A stretch of 31,701 nt of DNA from positions 1 through 31,701 of the IMG/VR virus record IMGVR_UViG_3300023095_000007; one strand, 5' to 3'. Shown here one piece after another: positions 26,387-31,701 of this stretch. Position numbers and translations under genes: made by a program. The stretch's first letter is position 1. Each line of letters begins with the position of its first letter. Under the pieces are notes generated by a model that was not told the DNA's origin, made no database searches, and worked only from the letters and a program-made list of their open reading frames with translations. This stretch comes from a virus. Taxonomy: Duplodnaviria > Caudoviricetes.

Positions 26387-26579
26387 TGTAGATACAGCTC
26401 GCCAGAACGCAGGAACGACCCTACTATTGCGCCTCACTCACAGGTGTCACCATGCATACTTGGGCTTTCTGACGATGTGTATTCACACGAGTTGTTAAGT
26501 ATCTATCGAGTAGAAGGCGTGACACCAATCCAGCAAGTCAGTGTAACTACCCTCTGGCGGGCCGCCACCGTTCACTACA
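26387..26579 (-). ncRNA. putative ~190-nt structured RNA (element F)
   Basis: nested stems CGCCAGAG/TTCTGGCG, GACTTGCTG/TAGTAG(G)GTC, GGTGTCAC/GTGACACC, GTGTG/CACAT. Confidence 0.55.
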
Positions 26580-26583
26580 CGGC

Positions 26584-26622
26584 AGCGTCCCTGGGAGTCG
26601 AACCCATACTTGATGCCACGCT
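26584..26622 (-). ncRNA. tRNA T-arm minihelix-like element (E)
   Basis: AGCGT...TGGG-TTCGACT-CCCA...ACGCT. Confidence 0.4.
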
Positions 26623-26646
26623 TCATACTCAATGTTAATGTACCTT

Positions 26647-26768
26647 GGTTATAAACACTGGTGAGGCGGTGATAATAGTGCCGTTCCCGAAGTCATACAC
26701 TTTCGCTATCTTTTCTATCACCTACGAGGGTCGGTATATTTCCTCTACCTCAACAGCTACCTATAACC
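26647..26768 (-). ncRNA. putative ~120-nt structured RNA (element D)
   Basis: GGTTATA/TATAACC, TGAGGT/GCCTCA, GAGG/CCTC, GGTGATAG/TTATCACC. Confidence 0.55.
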
Positions 26769-26778
26769 TGTTTACTCT

Positions 26779-26854
26779 TGGAAGCTGGGGGCAAGATTCG
26801 AACTTGCTCCCATAGGCAGGTGCACCCCCTATGGTTTACTCCGACACCCCAGCT
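26779..26854 (-). tRNA. atypical tRNA-like RNA lacking a D-stem (element C)
   Basis: AGCTGGGG/CCCCAGCT acceptor + T + CCA; GCAAG-TTCGAAT-CTTGC T-arm; CCATAGG/CCTATGG stem; no D-stem. Confidence 0.6.
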
Positions 26855-26911
26855 TATACAGTTCGTTGCCAATAGCTTTCACTATTATGGATATAAAGGC
26901 AACTTTGTTTA

Positions 26912-27130
26912 TTATAACTCTTCAAACGGCTTACAAACTATCCCGAATAACAAATGACACCATACACATGCTGTATCTATTTCTAGATCGTCTTGAACCC
27001 ATTTGTAACCGACTGTAGTTTGATAATCTTCACTGTATAGGGGAAACATTAACTGGTTGCCTTGTTTGTCTGATAATCTACGCCATTTACCACATATTTC
27101 GCACTGTAGGCGTGGATTATTTTCACTCAT
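26912..27130 (-). CDS. small Zn-finger protein
   Basis: QCEICGKWRRL...CVWC; AAGGAG SD. Confidence 0.65.
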   Translation of the reverse strand: MSENNPRLQCEICGKWRRLSDKQGNQLMFPLYSEDYQTTVGYKWVQDDLEIDTACVWCHLLFGIVCKPFEEL

Positions 27131-27140
27131 TATATACTCC

Positions 27141-27341
27141 TTATAGTTCGTTAATCTTTTTCTCTAGCCGTTGCATCATGTCCCATTGCCCTTGGTGATA
27201 TGAGTGACGGACTGTCGTGCATTCTGGTTCACAGGGCTGGACTTCATCTGTTACTAACTCCAGGAAGAGAGATTTAATGTCTTCCTTACGAGGATTTTGG
27301 TAATCTACGTCTTCTAGTATTTCATCTAATTTGCTACTCAT
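27141..27341 (-). CDS. hypothetical protein (helical paralogue family)
   Basis: SKLDEILEDV...EDIKSLFLELV; GAGGGAG SD. Confidence 0.65.
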   Translation of the reverse strand: MSSKLDEILEDVDYQNPRKEDIKSLFLELVTDEVQPCEPECTTVRHSYHQGQWDMMQRLEKKINEL

Positions 27342-27369
27342 GTCTTCTGTATCTCCCTCTTAAATTCTA

Positions 27370-27545
27370 TTAAGCGTATGGTGCTAGGCACGTCTATATT
27401 TTTTACAAACGCTTTTTGCTAGCTACGAGTCTAGAATACTAGAATAATCTCATACCATCATAGCTCATCGTATTGCGCTCTCGATTTTATTCGATGCCCA
27501 GGGTAATACTCCCTGTCGAACCGTGCCCAGCACTACTACGCTTAA
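27370..27545 (-). ncRNA. putative 176-nt structured RNA (element B)
   Basis: ~23-bp imperfect terminal stem TTAAGCGTAGTAGTGCTGGGCACG/CGTGCCTAGCACCATACGCTTAA; inner CAGGG/CCCTG, AGCTATGA/TCGTAGCT, TCTAG/CTAGA. Confidence 0.6.
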
Positions 27546-27547
27546 TT

Positions 27548-27970
27548 TTAAATGTACCCTAGTCTCTTACAGGTATTATACCATCCACTTGTCTTACAGA
27601 ATGTTCCTTGTGCGGTGTACATCTGATAGGCGTATTGGACGTTGTTTGCTGCAATCTTTAACCACTCCTCTGATGGTCGAGTGTTTCGCATATTCCCTAT
27701 AAGGTTAATTTGAAAGCATCCAACCGAGTAGTCACCTGTACGTGGGTTGTCGTTAACGCTTAATGGGTTATCACGACTTTCAATCATCATAACCGCCGTA
27801 GCTTGTTCAACGTTCCAGTCATACTTGACTATCTCGCTACTACATGCCCCAGCGTCTGTGATAGCCTCGCTGACTACCTGTGACGTTATCTGAGGCTCTG
27901 TAGCGACTGTTTCAGGCGCTTGTACTGCCACTTCTTCTTTTACAACGCTAGTGGCGGGCGTTACTGGTCT
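27548..27970 (-). CDS. lysozyme-like/lytic transglycosylase domain, probably reached by -1 frameshift
   Basis: AVMMIESR catalytic Glu, SVGCFQIN, NVQYAYQMY; frame open upstream of GTG 27931 through the slippery site. Confidence 0.75.
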   Translation of the reverse strand, partial: RPVTPATSVVKEEVAVQAPETVATEPQITSQVVSEAITDAGACSSEIVKYDWNVEQATAVMMIESRDNPLSVNDNPRTGDYSVGCFQINLIGNMRNTRPSEEWLKIAANNVQYAYQMYTAQGTFCKTSGWYNTCKRLGYI

Positions 27971-27973
27971 TTT
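27927..27973 (-). promoter_or_regulatory. -1 ribosomal frameshift signal (A-AAA + H-type pseudoknot)
   Basis: CTA AAA, 5-nt spacer, S1 GTAACGC/GCGTTGT, S2 GCCACT/AGTGGC. Confidence 0.65.
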
Positions 27974-28164
27974 AGTGAAACTTGGATTGAGTTAACGACC
28001 TTGCTTTGTGTGTCTGTGAGGACGTTCACTGCTTGGAAGTATCCACCAATGAGACCGATCAATACCCCGACAGCAAACAACACGGCTGTGATAATGCGAC
28101 GGTTCTTCGCCTTCTCTTCATCGAGTAGGTCTTGGATTGTTAATTTCTCTTTAGGTGCTTTCAT
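27961..28164 (-). CDS. single-TM membrane anchor protein
   Basis: RRIITAVLFAVGVLIGLIGGYF TM after a basic N-terminus. Confidence 0.75.
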   Translation of the reverse strand: MKAPKEKLTIQDLLDEEKAKNRRIITAVLFAVGVLIGLIGGYFQAVNVLTDTQSKVVNSIQVSLKDQ

Positions 28165-28188
28165 TTTGTTTCTTCTTTCTATTTTGTA

Positions 28189-28343
28189 TTAAGCGTACGG
28201 ACTTCCCCAGCACCGTGTCCCTAACCGCCTGTCCGCAGAGCGAACCCTGTCGGATGCCTGATAGTTTGTGCCAGCGGTCTTCCTTAGCCAAGTCGCGTAC
28301 TTGGGAACGGTCAGCTGTTTGCCAGGGGAATCTGTACGCTTAA
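28189..28343 (-). ncRNA. putative 155-nt structured RNA (element A)
   Basis: TTAAGCGTAC/GTACGCTTAA, TTCCCC/GGGGAA, CTGACCGT/GCGGTTAG, CCAAGT/ACTTGG, CAGGG-TTCG-CTCTG. Confidence 0.65.
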
Positions 28344-28355
28344 TTGTTAATGTGT

Positions 28356-28494
28356 ATTCGACCGTATGAGATAGCAGTAAAGGGTAATTTCCGCAGACAG
28401 ACCTTGAGTCTCTGTTGTGGTTGCCCTGTGTTTCCAGTATCAAGTAGAAACGTACCCCTAGAGCTATCGTTACTGCTAACTACTACAGTCGAAT
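28356..28494 (-). ncRNA. putative 139-nt structured RNA (element G)
   Basis: ATTCGACTGTA/TACGGTCGAAT, TAGCAGTAA/TTACTGCTA, GGGGTA/TACCCT, TTTCTA/TGGAAA, AGAC/GTCT. Confidence 0.6.
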
Positions 28495-28607
28495 CTTGTT
28501 TGTTAAATTGTTAAACCTTGATCTGCCCTATTACGTTAGCTTATGGGCTGGTGCGTTTTTCCCGATCTTGGTTCTTCGTTGTATGGCCTTTCGTTGGTCA
28601 TGTATTA

Positions 28608-28636
28608 ATACTAGCACAACTTTCGCTTACCGTCAA
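28608..28636 (-). promoter_or_regulatory. strong sigma70 promoter with operator-like ACGGTAAGCGAAA
   Basis: TTGACG-N17-TAGTAT with TG extension. Confidence 0.75.
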
Positions 28637-28646
28637 TACATAAACG

Positions 28647-29003
28647 TTATGAAATGTCTTTTAGTGCCTGTTTCCAGATAAGAGCTTCTAACTTCCGATC
28701 CTTTTTCTTATAGGTATTTGACTGCACAACTAACTGATCCACCATGGCTTTACCTTTTCGTTCCACTTGCCATTGATAGTGTTCTGCTGGGTGGCTGGTG
28801 AAATACTGATGACAGCCATAGCAGAGTGCATCTGCGTTCATAGGTTCAAACCTAGTACCTTCTTTGCCTCTCCCCATAAAGTGAGAACAATGCAGCCCGT
28901 TAGTAGGCGGTGTGAATTGTGAGCCGCATCTCTGACACGTCCAGTTATCGCGTGTCCTCACGAATAGTGAAAATGCTTTATCAGCGGCGTCTATCTTAAC
29001 CAC
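28647..29003 (-). CDS. ninG: NinG/Rap-like recombination endonuclease
   Basis: DKAFSLFVRTRDNWTCQRCG...HCSHFMGR...TRFEPMNADALCYGCH. Confidence 0.8.
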   Translation of the reverse strand: MVKIDAADKAFSLFVRTRDNWTCQRCGSQFTPPTNGLHCSHFMGRGKEGTRFEPMNADALCYGCHQYFTSHPAEHYQWQVERKGKAMVDQLVVQSNTYKKKDRKLEALIWKQALKDIS

Positions 29004-29202
29004 GGGGTTTCTTTCTCTTATAGAATATCTGACCGTCGAAGGCTATATCTTTATCACCCATTCGGTATCTGTTAATAGGAGAGTTAAGATATGCAAGGCC
29101 ATTCCTTTTGAGTAGTTTACCTAACTTATCAAAGTTAATCTTTGGATTCTGTAGGAAAATTGCTTTAAGGGCCTCCGTCTTACTGTCTAAGTGGGGGGTC
29201 AT
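28996..29202 (-). CDS. hypothetical basic protein
   Basis: 68 aa; coupled within the operon. Confidence 0.6.
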   Translation of the reverse strand: MTPHLDSKTEALKAIFLQNPKINFDKLGKLLKRNGLAYLNSPINRYRMGDKDIAFDGQIFYKRKKPRG

Positions 29203-29447
29203 AGTAGCTTACCTCGTTTAATATACGTTTCAAGTGCTGCAAGTAGGTATGTCGGCATATTGCTTCCCATCGATGCTAAGTATGCATCGTCTTTGTCGTG
29301 TAGCTCGGTATAGAACTTTCGTGGGCTACCTTTCTCAGTAACTTTCAATACTGGAATGTGAAAACCGAATATTTTAAAGTTTTTTGCCTTAGACCAAGAT
29401 TCATTTTTCACCACTAAAGCCTCCTTGCTTTGATACTTTTCATCCAC
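29199..29447 (-). CDS. hypothetical protein (start uncertain)
   Basis: ORF track; AGGAGG precedes internal GTG codons near 29413, so the real start may be later. Confidence 0.55.
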   Translation of the reverse strand: MDEKYQSKEALVVKNESWSKAKNFKIFGFHIPVLKVTEKGSPRKFYTELHDKDDAYLASMGSNMPTYLLAALETYIKRGKLL

Positions 29448-29554
29448 TCTTCTAAAATTTCTGTATCTGACTTCGGAAGAGAGTCTACACCGCTGTCTAC
29501 GTTCACCGAAACGACTTGACCATCGCTAAGTGCTACGGAAATACATTTACTCAT
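29414..29554 (-). CDS. 46-aa hypothetical protein (not in ORF track)
   Basis: MSKCISVALSDGQVVSVNV...EEWMKSIKARRL; AAGGAG SD, ATGA coupling. Confidence 0.55.
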   Translation of the reverse strand: MSKCISVALSDGQVVSVNVDSGVDSLPKSDTEILEEWMKSIKARRL

Positions 29555-30159
29555 TGTTTCTCCTTATACTTGTAGTTAGACGTAATATGTTTCCACGTCT
29601 TGCCGCTTTTTATGTTGTCTATTGTTTGAGGCACTACATTGTAATCTGCGGCGATTAATCTGTGTACCCTCTTATCTTCCATTATGAGTAGAACCTGTGA
29701 CTCTCTTAATTTTGCCATAGAGCCTTTTTCTCCAATAGGACCAGTCCCGTCTAATACAATATCTTTGCTGTTATCCATAGCGCTTCCCCAATACAGATGT
29801 CTGTAATTAAAGCACGAAGGATTGTGACAAATGATAGGCTTGTGTAAAGCAAACGTCTTATCCTTTGGTGGTGGCCCCACTCTCACGCGCAAAGCCATGT
29901 TATGGACTCTCACCTTCCTATTATTTATGCTAAGCATTCCATATCCGAGGCTATTTTTGTTGTACTTCCAGATAACACATTTGTCCGTTTCTACTCTGAT
30001 AGAATCCTCAAAGAACTTCTTCGGTTCTCCCACAGGCTGTCTGTACGGCTGATAGTTTACATCTCCGTGTCTGCTTAGCCTAGATAAGTGCTTAGAGCAC
30101 AGCTTAAGACGAGACGGTTTAACTCTGCCGAAACAGCCGTCTATAGAGCACGTTAGCAT
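29551..30159 (-). CDS. HNH (HNH_3-type) homing endonuclease with C-terminal HTH
   Basis: CVIW...GYG...ALH...CHNPSCFNYRHLYWGSAMDN; AKLRESQV...IAADYNV...GKTWKH. Confidence 0.85.
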   Translation of the reverse strand: MLTCSIDGCFGRVKPSRLKLCSKHLSRLSRHGDVNYQPYRQPVGEPKKFFEDSIRVETDKCVIWKYNKNSLGYGMLSINNRKVRVHNMALRVRVGPPPKDKTFALHKPIICHNPSCFNYRHLYWGSAMDNSKDIVLDGTGPIGEKGSMAKLRESQVLLIMEDKRVHRLIAADYNVVPQTIDNIKSGKTWKHITSNYKYKEKQ

Positions 30160-30770
30160 TATGTTTCGTTATCCAACGCATCAGCAATGGCATCTGCGTC
30201 ATTTAACGTGTCTATTGTCTCTTTGCCAAGCACCTTTTTTATAAACGCCTTCATCTGATCGGTATCTACATAGTCCTGTGCAATCATCTGCTCTTTGATC
30301 TTACTCTTAGCTCGTGTTAGTATTTCCGCGTTGCCTGCTGCAGACTCTTCTGTACGGTTACGTATAACAACTGGTTCTTTCTGTCGAGCCTGGGTTGCCT
30401 TGTTCCCGTCGTCGTCATCATCTGCCACAACTCCAAGGACTGACATAACGCCATAGCGACGCGCGTATGTGGTGGCGCTTCCTTGGCTTTGTGGGTCGTT
30501 CTTCACTAATAGGAGAGGTTGGACGTCCTCAATGTACTGTCCTGATTCGTGTAAAAGAATAGTACGCATTGCACTATCACCGTCTAAGTTCGTAAGGAAC
30601 TGACTAATAGCTAGCTTGTGTTTTGCTAGTAACGGTTGTACGTTTGCCATCACCTCGTTAAGTGGGGCATACTTGCTTTTAAAGAACGGGTTACTTGCTG
30701 ATTTCGCTACAGGTACAAGATCTGCTTGTAGTGCTACGAGTGCTGGTGCTAATTTATCTAGCTCTGTCAT
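30159..30770 (-). CDS. erf: ERF-family single-strand annealing protein
   Basis: NPFFKSKYAPL, TILLHESGQYI, PQSQGSATTYARRY, DDDDGN. Confidence 0.9.
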   Translation of the reverse strand: MTELDKLAPALVALQADLVPVAKSASNPFFKSKYAPLNEVMANVQPLLAKHKLAISQFLTNLDGDSAMRTILLHESGQYIEDVQPLLLVKNDPQSQGSATTYARRYGVMSVLGVVADDDDDGNKATQARQKEPVVIRNRTEESAAGNAEILTRAKSKIKEQMIAQDYVDTDQMKAFIKKVLGKETIDTLNDADAIADALDNET

Positions 30771-30982
30771 TTTGTTTCCTTCTCTCTTACGATTCTTTTT
30801 TTAAATTCTGACCAGTATTGTTGACTCGTTATAGGAAATGGCCAGTTGTATCTATACTCAACAATCAGTTTGTCGTTGTCGTCTGAGTACATATTTGTTA
30901 TACGTACTTTCAAGATATTTGGCTCCGTATAACCGAGATAGTCCTGAACCTTCACGATGTCGCCCTTTTTTATAGTTGGCAT
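30767..30982 (-). CDS. small SH3/KOW-like hypothetical protein
   Basis: start MPTIKKGDIVKV at 30982 with GAGGAG SD. Confidence 0.6.
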   Translation of the reverse strand: MPTIKKGDIVKVQDYLGYTEPNILKVRITNMYSDDNDKLIVEYRYNWPFPITSQQYWSEFKKRIVREKETK

Positions 30983-31004
30983 ACTCTCTCCTCTATATAG
31001 ACCA

Positions 31005-31226
31005 TTATTGGGTGTCCTTTTTAGTAAGTTGGCGCATGATTTCTTCTGCATCATAAGTGCCAGCTCTGACAGCAGTTGGCTTTAAATGATACGGTCGTCC
31101 GCATTCATCACACCACCAGTACCGTTCTTCAAGTAATCCAGTCTTAAGTTCTTCCATTCGCCGTCTATGCTTTGGACAGGTAACATTCAGAAAGAATGGA
31201 CTCGCATGTACTTCATAGTTACTCAT
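31005..31226 (-). CDS. Zn-ribbon protein
   Basis: CPKH...WWCDECGRPY; start at the TAATG overlap 31226. Confidence 0.65.
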   Translation of the reverse strand: MSNYEVHASPFFLNVTCPKHRRRMEELKTGLLEERYWWCDECGRPYHLKPTAVRAGTYDAEEIMRQLTKKDTQ

Positions 31227-31426
31227 TACCACTTCCCTTCTGTAGAATCTAACTTTGTGACAACCGATAATAGTACAGACGCGGTAGATAAAGCTTCCAT
31301 AATTCCCATTTCTATATCGCACAACATCTTTTCATCTTCACCTTGGATACGAAGATTAATGAAATTACTGTTTTTCTCAGCAGTCACAACAACCCCGTTT
31401 GGCCATGTATGTGTGGAGCTATTCAT
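31226..31426 (-). CDS. hypothetical protein
   Basis: 66 aa; GAGGAG SD. Confidence 0.6.
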   Translation of the reverse strand: MNSSTHTWPNGVVVTAEKNSNFINLRIQGEDEKMLCDIEMGIMEALSTASVLLSVVTKLDSTEGKW

Positions 31427-31547
31427 CTTTTGACTCCTCTAAGCTTATTTCATAACAGTCCTGACACAGGTATTCACCATTAGTAAGTTCCTGAATAAAT
31501 GTGCCACAATTTTCGCATTCTTCTGGTAATCCTATTGGATTTAACAT
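31419..31547 (-). CDS. 42-aa Zn-finger peptide (not in ORF track)
   Basis: CENCG...LCQDCY. Confidence 0.55.
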   Translation of the reverse strand: MLNPIGLPEECENCGTFIQELTNGEYLCQDCYEISLEESKDE

Positions 31548-31581
31548 AGTGTGTTCCCTTCTGTATATACGTTAGTAGTCA

Positions 31582-31701
31582 TTATTTAGACTCCTTGTTC
31601 TTTTTATACATTTTATTTCTCCGCTGATTAATGTTTTGTTCGAGCGAGGTAGACCACTTAACGTTGCTTGGTTCATAGTCTCCGTCGTTATCAATACGAT
31701 C
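31582..31701 (-). CDS. HNH endonuclease, C-terminal fragment (runs off the right edge)
   Basis: DRIDNDGDYEPSNVKWSTSLEQNINQRR, same subfamily as the HNHs at 18386 and 25354. Confidence 0.8.
   Translation of the reverse strand, partial: DRIDNDGDYEPSNVKWSTSLEQNINQRRNKMYKKNKESK

Noticed and set aside
26363-26638. 91-aa plus-strand ORF over elements E and F
   Set aside because: Opposite to the operon direction, no SD, and overlaps structured elements.
28189-28443. 84-aa minus-strand ORF across elements A and G
   Set aside because: TTG start with no SD and atypical composition; the region is better explained by extensive base pairing.
26380-28500. CRISPR or TIGR-type repeat-spacer array
   Set aside because: There are no regularly spaced direct repeats. 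The repeats are inverted, element lengths vary, and no Cas- or Nop-domain gene is visible.
1-31701. Stop-codon reassignment
   Set aside because: Long genes are intact in code 11, and TAA, TAG and TGA all end genes at sensible, coupled boundaries.

Overview
This window is part of a tailed dsDNA phage or prophage with podovirus-like architecture. Essentially every real gene is on the minus strand and fits the standard genetic code. In transcription order (right to left) it has four parts. (1) A recombination/early region with an ERF ssDNA-annealing protein, a NinG-like nuclease and HNH endonucleases. (2) An apparently self-contained ~2.5 kb transcription unit (promoter ~28.6 kb, terminator ~26.07 kb) with at least seven long-stem structured RNA-like elements, one of them a D-arm-less tRNA-like RNA, plus a membrane anchor/lysozyme-like gene pair apparently joined by a -1 frameshift with an H-type pseudoknot. 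(3) A run of small early genes, including a divergent paralogue family and several unannotated micro-ORFs. (4) A morphogenesis module: TerS, HNH, TerL, HNH, portal, scaffold, major capsid, decoration/adaptor proteins, a 1007-aa tail fibre, ejection proteins, tail tube-like proteins and a truncated tail protein. No integrase, reverse transcriptase or CRISPR array is visible. Product calls come from motif recognition and gene order only; no searches were run, and all RNA structures were paired by eye.
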